Below, one piece after another: positions 29,100-42,269 of a stretch of DNA of 64,000 nt. The notes under the pieces were generated by a model. That model worked only from the letters and a program-made list of their open reading frames with translations, was not told the DNA's origin and ran no database searches. The stretch comes from Macrostomum lignano (lineage: Eukaryota). Positions within the stretch are counted from its first letter, which is position 1; each line of letters starts with the position of its first letter. The position numbers and the translations under genes are program-made. The stretch spans positions 75,451 to 139,450 of the forward strand of contig NIVC01002993.1 of assembly GCA_002269645.1 (NCBI GenBank), read 5' to 3'.

Positions 29100-31040
29100 T
29101 GTCTCATCCTCAGTCATTTGTGTCACCATAGCTCTTTTATTCAGCTCTTCCTTTCATCCTCAGTCCTTTGTGTCACTCTCTCTTCTTTATTCTTCTCTCT
29201 GTCTTTCATCCTCAGTCATTTGTGTCACTCTCTCTTCTTTATTCTTCTCTCTGTCTTCATCCTCAGTCATTTGTGTCACTCTCTCTTCTTTATTCTTCTC
29301 TCTGTCTTCATCCTCAGTCATTTGTGTCACTCTCTCTTCTTTATTCTTCTCTCTGTCTTCATCCTCAGTCATTTGTGTCACTCTCTCTTCTTTATTCTTC
29401 TCTCTGTATTCATCCTCAGTCATTTGTGTCACTCTCTCTTCTTTATTCTTCTCTCTGTCTTCATCCTCAGTCCTTTGTGTCACTCTCTCTTCTATATTCT
29501 TCTCTCTGTATTCATCCTCAGTCATTTGTGTCACTCTCTCTTCTTTATTCTTCTCTCTGTATTCATCCTCAGTCATTTGTGTCACTCTCTCTTCTTTATT
29601 CTTCTCTCTGTCTTTCATCCTCAGTCATTTGTGTCACTCTCTCTTCTTTATTCTTCTCTCTGTCTTCATCCTCAGTCATTTGTGTCACTCTCTCTTCTTT
29701 ATTCTTCTCTCTGTCTTCATCCTCAGTCATTTGTGTCACTCTCTCTTCTTTATTCTTCTCTCTGTATTCATCCTCAGTCATTTGTGTCACTCTCTCTTCT
29801 TTATTCTTCTCTCTGTCTTCATCCTCAGTCCTTTGTGTCACTCTCTCTTCTATATTCTTCTCTCTGTATTCATCCTCAGTCATTTGTGTCACTCTCTCTT
29901 CTTTATTCTTCTCTCTGTCTTTCATCCTCAGTCATTTGTGTCACTCTCTCTTCTTTATTCTTCTCTCTGTCTTCATCCTCAGTCATTTGTGTCACTCTCT
30001 CTTCTTTATTCTTCTCTCTGTCTTCATCCTCAGTCATTTGTGTCACTCTCTCTTCTTTATTCTTCTCTCTGTCTTCATCCTCAGTCATTTGTGTCACTCT
30101 CTCTTCTTTATTCTTCTCTCTGTCTTCATCCTCAGTCCTTTGTGTCACTCTCTCTTCTATATTCTTCTCTCTGTATTCATCCTCAGTCATTTGTGTCACT
30201 CTCTCTTCTTTATTCTTCTCTCTGTCTTTCATCCTCAGTCATTTGTCACTCTCTATTCTTCTCTCTGTATTCATCCTCAGTCATTTGTGTCACTCTCTCT
30301 TCTTTATTCTTCTCTCTGTCTTTCATCCTCAGTCATTTGTGTCACTCTCTCTTCTTTATTCTTCTCTCTGTCTTCATCCTCAGTCATTTGTGTCACTCTC
30401 TCTTCTTTATTCTTCTCTCTGTCTTCATCCTCAGTCCTTTGTGTCACTCTCTCTTCTGTATTCTTCTCTCTGTCTTCATCCTCAGTCCTTTGTGTCACTC
30501 TCTCTTCTTTATTCTTCTCTCTGTATTCATCCTCAGTCATTTGTGTCACTCTCTCTTCTTTATTCTTCTCTCTGTCTTCATCCTCAGTCCTTTGTGTCAC
30601 TCTTGCTCACTTCTGTCTGCGTACGTCTTTCATTGTGTCACTCTTTCTTGCTCACCCCACTCTGCTTCCGCCTTTCATTGTGTCACTCTTTATTGCTCAC
30701 TCCTGTCTGCCTCCGCCTTTCATTGTGTCACTCTTTATTGCTCACTCCTGTCTGCCTCCGCCTTTCATTGTGTCACTCTTTATTGCTCACTCCTGTCTGC
30801 CTCCGCCTTTCATTGTGTCACTCTTTCTTGCTGACTCCTGTCTGCCCCCGTCTTTCATTGTGTCACTCTTTCTTGTTCACTCCTCTCTGCTTCCGCCTTT
30901 CATTGTGTCACTCTTTCTTGCTCACTCCTGTCTGCTTCCGCCTTTCATTGTGTCACTTTCTTGCTCACTCCATTATGCCCCCGTCTTTCATTGTGTAACT
31001 CTTTATTGCTCACTCTTGTCTGCCCCCGCCTTTCATTGTC
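29100..31040. repeat. 51-bp minisatellite grading into a related 45-bp unit
   Basis: tcatcctcagtcatttgtgtcactctctcttctttattcttctctctgtct to about 30600, then ctttcattgtgtcactcttt... units. Confidence 0.9.
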
Positions 31041-31147
31041 ACTCCGTCTCCAAGATACAAAACAGAAGACACAGCTAGTTAAAGTTTAACAAAATCGTGT
31101 CTAGAACAGAGCAATAGTGCACTAAAAGTTAAAAGAAATACCCGAAC

Positions 31148-31315
31148 CTGAAAGAACTTTGTCTGGAAGCGGGTGAAGGCGCATCCAATTCGCAGGTCCA
31201 GCTCTTGCCTGGCATCAACCGAGATTGCCTCCTTCTCGTTGGGCCGGCCCAGATTCTGCATAGCGTGATTGATCTCCTGGCTGGTGATGGCGCTGAACTT
31301 GGCTCTGTACGTATT
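31148..31315 (-). CDS. TOP3B: TOP3B exon 3
   Basis: TGTAG|AAT acceptor. [15 protein letters not shown]...[28 protein letters not shown]|GTTCG donor, 168 nt, phase 0. Confidence 0.95.
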
Positions 31316-31448
31316 CTACAATGGTTTTAATAGGCTTTCCTTGCACTAAAAAGGAACAGTTGGACTAACAATACTCTTAGTATATCCACTATACAAATAT
31401 TCTTTGTCTCTATCTATAGTCACAAAATCGCCAATGAACTAACATACA

Positions 31449-34243
31449 AGGATCTACTGACACACGGATCTACTGACACACGGATCTACTGACACACTGA
31501 TCTACTGACACACGGATCTACTGACACACGGATCTACTGACACACGGATCTACTGACACACTGATCTACTGACACACTGATCTACTGACACACTGATCTA
31601 CTGACACACTGATCTACTGACACACGGATCTACTGACACACTGATCTACTGACACACTGATCTACTGACACACTGATCTGCTGACACACGGATCTAGTGA
31701 CACACTGATCTACTGACACACTGATCTGCTGACACACGGATCTAGTGACACACTGATCTACTGACACACTGATCTACTGACACAAGTACTAACTGACACA
31801 CGGATCTACTGACACACTGATCTACTGACACACTGATCTACTGACACACTGATCTACTGACACACTGATCTGCTGACACACGGATCTAGTGACACACTGA
31901 TCTACTGACACACTGATCTACTGACACACTGATCTGCTGACACACGGATCTAGTGACACACTGATCTACTGACATACTGATCTACTGACACAAGTACTAA
32001 CTGACACACGGATCTACTGACACACTGATCTACTGACACACTGATCTACTGACACACTGATCTACTGACACACTGATCTGCTGACACACGGATCTAGTGA
32101 CACACTGATCTACTGACACACTGATCTACTGACACAAGTACTAACTAACACACTGATCTACTGACACACTGATCTGCTGACACACGGATCTAGTGACACA
32201 CTGATCTACTGACACACTGATCTACTGACACACTGATCTGCTGACACACGGATCTAGTGACACACTGATCTACTGACACACTGATCTACTGACACAAGTA
32301 CTAACTGACACACGGATCTACTGACACACTGATCTACTGACACACTGATCTACTGACACACTGATCTACTGACACACTGATCTACTGACACACTGATCTA
32401 CTGACACACTGATCTACTGACACACTGATCTACTGACACACTGATCTACTGACACACTGATCTACTGACACACTGATCTACTGACACACTGATCTACTGA
32501 CACACTGATCTACTGACACACTGATCTACTGACACAAGTACTAACTAACACACTGATCTACTGACACACTGATCTGCTGACACACGGATCTAGTGACACA
32601 CTGATCTACTGACACACTGATCTACTGACACACTGATCTGCTGACACACGGATCTAGTGACACACTGATCTACTGACACACTGATCTACTGACACAAGTA
32701 CTAACTGACACACGGATCTACTGACACACTGATCTACTGACACACTGATCTACTGACACACTGATCTACTGACACACTGATCTACTGACACACTGATCTA
32801 CTGACACACTGATCTACTGACACACTGATCTACTGACACACGGATCTACTGACACACTGATCTACTGACACACTGATCTGCTGACACACGGATCTACTGA
32901 CACACTGATCTACTGACACACTGATCTGCTGACACACGGATCTAGTGACACACTGATCTACTGACACACTGATCTACTGACACACTGATCTACTGACACA
33001 CGGATCTACTGACACACTGATCTACTGACACACTGATCTACTGACACACTGATCTACTGACACAAGTACTAACTGACACACGGATCTACTGACACACTGA
33101 TCTACTGACACACTGATCTACTGACACACTGATCTACTGACACACTGATCTACTGACACACTGATCTACTGACACACTGATCTACTGACACACTGATCTA
33201 CTGACACACTGATCTACTGACACACTGATCTACTGACACACTGATCTACTGACACACTGATCTGCTGACACACGGATCTAGTGACACACTGATCTACTGA
33301 CACACTGATCTACTGACACAAGTACTAACTAACACACTGATCTACTGACACACTGATCTGCTGACACACGGATCTAGTGACACACTGATCTACTGACACA
33401 CTGATCTACTGACACACTGATCTGCTGACACACGGATCTAGTGACACACTGATCTACTGACACACTGATCTACTGACACAAGTACTAACTGACACACGGA
33501 TCTACTGACACACTGATCTACTGACACACTGATCTACTGACACACTGATCTACTGACACACGGATCTACTGACACACTGATCTACTGACACAAGTACTAA
33601 CTGACACACGGATCTACTGACACACTGATCTACTGACACACTGATCTACTGACACACTGATCTACTGACACACTGATCTACTGACACACTGATCTACTGA
33701 CACACTGATCTACTGACACACTGATCTACTGACACACTGATCTACTGACACACGGATCTACTGACACACGGATCTACTGACACAAGTACTAACTAACACA
33801 CTGATCTACTGACACACTGATCTGCTGACACACGGATCTAGTGACACACTGATCTACTGACACACTGATCTACTGACACACTGATCTGCTGACACACGGA
33901 TCTAGTGACACACTGATCTACTGACACACTGATCTACTGACACAAGTACTAACTGACACACGGATCTACTGACACACTGATCTACTGACACACTGATCTA
34001 CTGACACACTGATCTACTGACACACGGATCTACTGACACACTGATCTACTGACACAAGTACTAACTGACACACGGATCTACTGACACACTGATCTACTGA
34101 CACACTGATCTACTGACACACTGATCTACTGACACACTGATCTACTGACACACTGATCTACTGACACACTGATCTACTGACACACTGATCTACTGACACA
34201 CTGATCTACTGACACACGGATCTACTGACACACGGATCTACTG
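31449..34243. repeat. 16-bp minisatellite filling TOP3B intron 2
   Basis: gatctactgacacact units with recurring variants. Confidence 0.95.
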
Positions 34244-34281
34244 ACAGAAGAGATCTGACTGCAACGAAAATTCTCGCCCAC

Positions 34282-34470
34282 CTGCGGAGTCAAACGCATA
34301 GCTTCGGACACAGCCTCGATGACCTCGAAGCAGATGTTCTCGCCCTCTTTATCGCAGTCCAGCCACAGCACCAGGACATCGCAGCCGCGAGCCTCTCTGG
34401 CTAGAAAGGCGGGCATCTTCAAGCCGGGAGAGGCCTCCTTCTTTTGAGTCTCCGCGACAAACAGCTCGGC
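34282..34470 (-). CDS. TOP3B: TOP3B exon 2
   Basis: TTAAG|GCC acceptor. AELFVAETQKKEA...LVLWLDCDKEGENICFEV contains the Toprim DxD motif. CAG|GTGGG donor, phase 0. Confidence 0.95.
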
Positions 34471-35459
34471 CTTAATCAGAATGGAGAAGGGAAGGCAGAC
34501 ACAGTTGCAGCTTACGAAGCCTGAAACGTAACTAGAAAAGTGCAACCCGTCTGAAAAATGGCAATTTAATCAAGACAACCCCTCGCACCGAGGCGACATT
34601 CGCAATTAATGAAATTGCGAAATAACATGCGAATAAAGAGAATAAAAGTACAATCAGATAAAGTGCACCCTCCTTCCTGACAAATGCTAACAAGGCTCCG
34701 TTTGAAATATTTTGAAATCAAGCAATTTACAATTTACAATTACAATTTAACAATCAACTGTGGGTGATGCAATTTGCGTAGCAAGGTGAGGAGATAGTGG
34801 AGAGTTATGGCTAAGAGCTAGCTGCGAGTTCACGGCTCGGCAATTTTCCATTTCCGCTTAAAGCCGCAGCGCGCACCTGCTTCTGCCGAACCCTTCAAGC
34901 ATTAGGGACATTCAATATCAGAGAATGAGAAAGCTCGATCTTATAGGGTGGGCACGAAAATGACTGCGCAAATAGCGCTTGAAATGTCTGCGTGTACTTT
35001 TTTTGTCATCAACCATAGATATGCTAATCCGTCAATAAAAATAAAGACGAGAATGAGATCAAAGGTGGAAAAGGACTGAATAAGATCTTCTCGAGCTAGA
35101 GAGGTCAAAAAACACAAAACACGGGCTGGCTTGCACACTATCAACAATCAAATAATCGGCAAGGATATTAAAGGCGGTCGAAAGCAATATCATATAGCTG
35201 TTTGCGTTTTTATGGCATAAAGGATTAATATAGGAGGCTAAAGCTCAAGCAAAAAAAATTAGAGTCAATCTATTTTTGTTTTCATTTTGCATGGCAAATG
35301 TTTCTAATAGAGGCAAGCATATATCTATACACGAAATTATCCAAGGAGAAACAAGATAAAATATTGAAATATTAAAATAATTCAGTAAAGGAGGAAAATG
35401 AAACGTTACAGTTCATAAATAAAACACATTCTGGCGAAACGGGCAGATAGAACAGAAAA

Positions 35460-36050
<591 letters not shown>

Positions 36051-36075
36051 TAGAACTGATGCGCACAAAGCTCAC

Positions 36076-36309
36076 CGGATCGCAGCGGTCCCAGTTGTTA
36101 TACTTGGGCAGAAAGTCCAGCGACATGACGTGGCCGCAGACGCTGGTCATGCGAAAGCTGACCGGCTCGGAGCGGAAATTGCCGCGCCATTCGTGAACGC
36201 TACAGGCATTGTTAAAGCCTTTGCGACTGTGCGCCTGTCGGCCGGATAGAATCTCGGATATGCTGGAAGCCAGCGAGGGCTTCTCCGATACCATCAATAC
36301 GGTTCGCAT
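36076..36309 (-). CDS. TOP3B: DNA topoisomerase III beta, exon 1 (Toprim N-terminus)
   Basis: ATG at 36309. MRTVLMVSEKPSLASSISEILS...MTSVCGHVMSLDFLPKYNNWDRCDP matches the type IA Toprim EKPS and TSVCGH motifs of TOP3B. Donor CCG|GTGAG, phase 0. Confidence 0.96.
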
Positions 36310-36444
36310 GACTCTGCCCGGTGCGCGGCAGCGACCCTAGAGCATGAATAACGGGAAATGGCATGGGATACGATTAGCAAAGTCTAAGTCTATGGCGCCA
36401 AATCTGTCTGTTATTTTGTTATTTAAGCGCTAAATCGATCTCAA

Positions 36445-36895
36445 ACTAGTCTTTGTTTTGCTTAAATTAATTTAAACTAATAGTCTTTGTGGCGCTTAAC
36501 TTACTTAATTTAAACTAGTCTTTGTGGCGCTTAAGTACTTAATTTAAACTAGTCTTTGTGGCGCTTAAGTACTTAATTTAAACTAGTCTTTGTGGCGCTT
36601 AAGTACTTAACTTAAACTAGTCTTTGTGGCGCTTAAGTACTTAATTTAAACTAGTCTTTGTGGCGCTTAAGTACTTAATTTAAACTAGTCTTTGTGGCGC
36701 TTAAGTACTTAATTTAAACTAGTTTTTGTGGCGCTTAAATTAATTTAAACTAATAGTCTTTGTGGCGCTTAACTTACTTAATTTAAACTAGTCTTTGTGG
36801 CGCTTAAGTACTTAATTTAAACTAGTCTTTGTGGCGCTTAACTTACTTAATTTAAACTATAGTTTTTGTGGCGCTTAACTTTTAACTATAGTCTT
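36445..36895. repeat. ~34-bp AT-rich minisatellite upstream of the TOP3B ATG
   Basis: aatttaaactagtctttgtggcgcttaagtactt units. Confidence 0.88.
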
Positions 36896-37379
36896 CGTTG
36901 CCTTATTATTCATGTAATAAATATAACCAACCAGGACTTTAATGAATAATATATAATTTAAAAAATATTTTTAATTATTACCAAACAACTACACTGCTTT
37001 GGAATGTAAATATAGTAGCAATCATGAGAGTAAGAACGATCGCAACTGTACGCATTGGCAGTGGGGACAGGGGGAGGGAAAGAGAGACGGTCTAGCGATC
37101 AAAAAAAATTGTAAACAGGATCAGGGAAGGAGGAGCGGCAAAAATAGGTCCAGCAGTACAAAGTAGGCTAATCTAAAACTGCGAGCCATTGGCGTCATCA
37201 TCAGTTCTGCACGGCTGCCTGCCGCCACCCAAGTACTCAAGTGCGCCTGTACCGAGGAGAGAAGGAGAGAGGAGTCGGTCGGGGAAGAGTTCACGTAGAC
37301 CCTTTTGCGCGATGTGTGTGTGTGCGCGTGTGTGTGTGAGCGCGCAGGTCCTGTCCGACAAGTCAGCTGAGACTTTAAG

Positions 37380-37640
37380 CTCGCGGCAGTAGCAGCTCAG
37401 CCCAAGAGAACTCCTGGCGCTGATTGGTCCGAGTCCAATCGAATTGGGCCAAAAATAAAAAAACACAAGGACACACGCGAGCGCGAGCATAATAATGGCG
37501 GGTGATAAACAGGGGCGGCGAGGAGGCGCTGCTGACAACTAAGAAAAGTGCATAGCGACATGGAATGCCATATTTTAATAGGGTGGGAGAGGAAGAAGGG
37601 GGTGGGGCTGTGACTGAAAAAAACACGCCTGCATGCGCAT
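37380..37640. promoter_or_regulatory. Candidate promoter (CCAAT and GC boxes), possibly for TOP3B
   Basis: Clustered gattgg/ccaat/attggg motifs and a ggggcggc box 1.1-1.3 kb upstream of the TOP3B ATG; no transcript evidence. Confidence 0.3.
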
Positions 37641-38385
37641 ACGCTAACTGATTAGGACAGCCCTTGTATTACCTTTAGCAAAGCTGAGAGTTAACCCTAA
37701 TTAACTGCATACATTATATTTATATATTATATTTAGCAAAAAACAGCTGGCGCTAATTTGCGTCACTAGCCCTGGCCTAGCCTGAACTATCCGATGTATA
37801 TTCTCCTATACATTCTTGTATATTTGAAGGTCAGGCGTATCTTTAAACGCTTCTAAGAGTCCACGATTCTCTGTCTGAATAATACTCAGTTCAATTGAAA
37901 GATGCAAGACAATGACAAAGTCTGAGAGTTAGACAAAATTGATTGCCTTAATTAGGCAAAAGATGCAGGCCATTCATAAAACCAATTTTTTACTGATTTT
38001 TCTGTTTTGTCTCTTTGCACAACATCGCAGCAGCTGCACTCGGCAGAACGAAACAATATATGCAGTTAATAATTAATAACTACTGAGTGCCTAACAGCGT
38101 TTGAATGGCGGCTTTTGTTTTACTCAACAGTAGAAACGCTAACTATAACAAATATAGGACAGAATCAGATTCTTTCCAACAAAAAAGGCAAATGTATAAA
38201 AGCATAGTAACAGCAACAACACGAATATTGACTCGGACAAAGAAGGATGAAGCGCTTTCGCACGCTGTTTAAATACGAAATCAACTATTTTGCAAATGAA
38301 TAGTTCTCTGATAGAAGCATTTGACATAATCTGCGTTGGCTTTGGCTTGCACTTAGTGTTATCAATATTTTTCGAGAGTGTATAT

Positions 38386-38995
38386 TGGCTCTGAAAAGGG
38401 GCTGAGGGGTAGGCTAGGTTAGAAGAGTGTACATTGGCTCCGATAAGGGGCCGAGGGGGTAGGCTAGACTAGAAGAGTGTACATTGGCTCCGATAAGGGG
38501 CTGAGGGGGTAGGCTAGACTAGAAGAGTGTACATTGGCTCCGATAAGGGGCTGAGGGGGTAGGCTAGACTAGAAGAGTGTACATTGGCTCCGATAAGGGG
38601 CTGAGGGGGTAGGCTAGACTAGAAGAGTGTACATTGGCTCCGATAAGGGGCTGAGGGGGTAGGCTAGACTAGAAGAGTGTACATTGGCTCCGATAAGGGG
38701 CTGAGGGGGTAGGCTAGGCTAGAAGAGTGTACATTGGCTCCGATAAGGGGCTGAGGGGGTAGGCTAGGCTAGAAGAGTGTACATTGGCTCCGATAAGGGG
38801 CTGAGGGGTAGGCTAGACTAGAAGAGTGTACATTGGCTCCGATAAGGGCCGAGGGGGTAGGCTAGACTAGAAGAGTGTACATTGGCTCCGATAAGGGGCT
38901 GAGGGGGTAGGCTAGACTAGAAGAGTGTACATTGGCTCCGATAAGGGGCTGAGGGGGTAGGCTAGACTAGAAGAGTGTACATCGGCTCCAATAAA
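38386..38995. repeat. 50-bp minisatellite, about 12 copies
   Basis: gagtgtacattggctccgataaggggctgagggggtaggctagactagaa. Confidence 0.92.
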
Positions 38996-39959
38996 GGGCT
39001 GTAGGAGTGTGCATTGGCTCTGGATTGGGTTTGGACAAGCCTCAGTGAGAATGTAGAGTCTAAATTCGTTATTTCGATACACAAAGCGACAACAGCATAC
39101 GAGAAAGATATTGGAAACGAGCAAAGCTGTGTAAACGGTCGCCTAGTTTAAATACAGAAAACATTCACAGTCGCTAAAAAAACAATGGAAAATGCCATGC
39201 TTGCACTTATTCTCTGTCGTTTGTGAATAAACAATGAAATACAGCTCGTATGCTAGCAACACAAAGGATCTAGTTTGCAATATAAAAAGTGCAACTAGAG
39301 CACTCACTGCCTTTGCCTCACAGTTACAATTTTAAATGAACCGAAAATTTTCAATTACTTTTAAAAAAGTGCCGAAAAGCAAAATTCTGGAATTTAGGAC
39401 ATAAAAACATCGGATAGAAGACAAATTTAATTAAATTGAGTTCGCACAATAAACAATATATGCAATAACAAATAGTGCAGTACAGATTCTTGCTATAATA
39501 ATCCGAATACGAAAGAGCTCTCTACAAAAAAGGACAACAATTGTTTCGATTACAATATGAAACAGGTCTAGCAAGCTAGAGATCATATTCAGGATTAAAC
39601 ATAAATGACAAAGTAACGATACGCACAAACGGATACTTAGGCCTCTAGCTGATTGAGGCCTAGAAGTGCCTGCAAAAGAACAAAAATGTCCCCTATTTGC
39701 TCCATATTGACACTTCACAGACGGTAAAAAACAGGCGCAGAAAAATTGTATTAAAGCAGAAAAATGAAATTAAATGTGAAGTTTAAAACAATAATATAAT
39801 ATAATAATTGATTACGCCTGCTCCCAATTGGGCCAGATGTGCAACCGACAGCTCAGCCGCAGCTATTGCGCAGCGCATTTGAAGGCTGCGTACGGCTGTT
39901 CAGTCCAAGGACTGGGGGGTCACCACACACACCCTGAATTACCCCAGCTAATGCTGGCA

Positions 39960-40100
39960 CCCATTTTACAGCTGGGTGAACTGACGCAATGCAGGGTTAA
40001 GTGTCTTGCTCAAGGACACAAATTGTTCCACTGGGATCGGGAATCGAACCCCCGACCTTCAAGTCGTGAGTCCGTTGCTCTCTAACCACTATAGGCTACA
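39960..40100 (+). mobile_element. MIR/CORE-like SINE or L2-type 3' end fragment
   Basis: cccattttacagctgggtgaactga...gttaagtgtcttgctcaaggacac...gggaatcgaacc...aaccact resembles the conserved core/tail of MIR-type retroposons (recognised from memory, not searched). Confidence 0.55.
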
Positions 40101-40372
40101 ACACCCTAGGATTGCAGTTTAGAAACAGAAGTAGAGGATCAGTAAGGGAAATATCGAATAGTTAATCCAGCATTTAGCAAACCTGGATCTCAGATCTGCC
40201 TCTCCGACCCTTCAGTGTGTACTCGTGTCTACCATCCAAAACCTCAACGATATGCATAGCGTGTGAATCGCACTTTTAAAGTATGGAAGAGACGTGGAGT
40301 AGCGATAAAAATTATATGAGTCTCGTGTATATATTATCGTGTGATAAAACTGCGATTTCAATTGTTAGCCAT

Positions 40373-40645
40373 TCACGGCTGCTGTGGTTTCGGCCGCTTC
40401 CTAGGCGGACCAAGCGGCGGCGTGGCTTGCATAGCCAGGGCTTTAAAGGCCTCGGCAACCAGGTGCGGCTGGCGCCGGACCATCTGGGCCCAGCCGGCTG
40501 ACTCCGTCACTTCGTTGGCGTGGCCCAGCAGGTAGTCGCAGGCGTGCTGCCTGAGCTGCTCGGCAGAGTGCAAGTCGGCCAGCACTAGGCAGTCGCACGT
40601 GTTCTCAACTGTGAGGCTGGCAGCTAAAGACTCTTCGCACATCAC
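40373..40645 (-). CDS. SPOP: SPOP last exon (BACK-like region plus C-terminal NLS)
   Basis: TTCAG|GTG acceptor. VMCEESL...LVLADLHSAEQLR...PHLVAEAFKALA...PPLGPPRKRPKPQQP* matches the SPOP C-terminal PRKR NLS. Confidence 0.95.
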   Translation of the reverse strand: MMCEESLAASLTVENTCDCLVLADLHSAEQLRQHACDYLLGHANEVTESAGWAQMVRRQPHLVAEAFKALAMQATPPLGPPRKRPKPQQP

Positions 40646-40682
40646 CTGAAATTCAATATGAAATGGATTTTGGAAGCCAAAA

Positions 40683-41636
40683 TGTCAGATTAGTAGCTGG
40701 AAATTTCAGATTAGTAGTTTGAGGTGTCAGATTAGTAGTTTGAGATGTCAGATTAGTAGTTTGAGATGTCAGATTAGTAGTTTGAAATGTCAGATCAATA
40801 GCTTGAGATGTCAGATTAGTAGCTGGAAATGTCAGATCAATAGCTTGAGATGTCAGATTAGTAGCTGGAAATGTCAGATCAATAGCTTGAGATGTCAGAT
40901 TAGTAGCTGGAAATGTCAGATCAATAGCTTGAGATGTCAAATTAGTAGCTGGAAATGTCAGATTAGTAGCTGGAAATGTCAGATTAGTAGCTTGAAATGT
41001 CAGATTAGTAGCTGGAAATGTCAGATTAGTAGCTGGAAATGTCAGATCAATAGCTGGAAATGTCAGATTAGTAGCTTGAAATGTCAGATTAGTAGCTGGA
41101 AATGTCAGATTAGTAGCCGGAAATGTCAGGTTAGTAGTTTGAGATGTCAGATTAGTAGTTTGAGATGTCAGATTAGTAGCTGGAAATGTCAGTTTAGTAG
41201 CTTGAGATGTCAGATTAGTAGCTGGAAATGTCAGATCAATAGCTTGAAATGTCAGATTAGTAGCTGGAAATGTCAGTTTAGTAGCTGGAAATGCCAGATT
41301 AGTAGCTGGAAATGTCAGATTAGTAGCCGGAAATGTCAGATTAGTAGCCGGAAATGTCAGATTAGTAGCTTGAGATGTCAGATTAGTAGTTTGAGATGTC
41401 AGATTAGTAGCTGGAAATGTCAGTTTAGTAGCTTGAGATGTCAGATTAGTAGCTGGAAATGTCAGATCAATAGCTTGAAATGTCAGATTAGTAGCTGGAA
41501 ATGTCAGATCAATAGCTTGAAATGTCAGATTAGTAGCTGGAATGTCAGATCAATAGCTTGAAATGTCAGATTAGTAGCTTGAGATGTCAGATTAGTAGCT
41601 GGAAATGTCAGATTAGTAGCTTGAGATGTCAGATTT
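40683..41636. repeat. 21-bp minisatellite in the last SPOP intron
   Basis: gtcagattagtagctggaaat variants. Confidence 0.92.
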
Positions 41637-41931
41637 TAGTAGACTGATTTTGAACTTCTAATATTAAACCTTGTTTTCCTGCCCAAATCGCTATGAATAG
41701 TAACACTATATAAGAAAGCAGTACAAAAAATCTAGGACAGGCAATATTCAAAATAAAAGTTAGGGAAGTTGAGGCTTATCTCGGTCGCAATTATCTAGTA
41801 CGCTATTTTTTACCGTGAAATCTTGCATGAAAAAGAAAGCTTGGCTAAAAATATTTTGCATACAATAGGCTTCAACAAAGCCTATTTAAAGCTTAATATT
41901 GAACTGCTGAAACAGGCCCTGGCATTCTCAC

Positions 41932-42111
41932 CTTGAGCCTGTCCAGCTGGTACTTGTCCGCCGCGGCTAGCAAACTGTCGGCCATATTGGACAGGTTGGG
42001 CGCCCGGCCAGTGTACAGGTAGCGCAGCACCTCGCGCATCGTGTCCTCGTCCAGGTCCGGCACTTCGACGCGATTTGCTCGGCTCTCCTCCATTTGGTGC
42101 TCAAACATGGC
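41932..42111 (-). CDS. SPOP: SPOP exon (BTB)
   Basis: TACAG|GCC acceptor. [40 protein letters not shown]...[17 protein letters not shown]|GTGAG donor. Confidence 0.96.
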
Positions 42112-42269
42112 CTGTAGGAGATGATGCCTTTATTAAATACACTATCACGCTAGATAACTGAAGCTCATTGATGACGGCTACTATCGCAAGATAGTCGGAT
42201 TGCTATTGATAGGAAAATGACAGATAGAAGAGTGGACAGATAGGTGAGAAAGGACTGGGAGAAATAGAA

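Noticed and set aside
27171-31078. Long repeat ORFs, including (MTEDEDREKNKEERVTQ)n
   Set aside because: Minisatellite translations interrupted by 1-nt indels, open in several frames, with no splice or domain support.
37173-37626. 121-aa ORF with a hydrophobic stretch
   Set aside because: It overlaps promoter-like and (GT)n sequence and has no domain or splice support.
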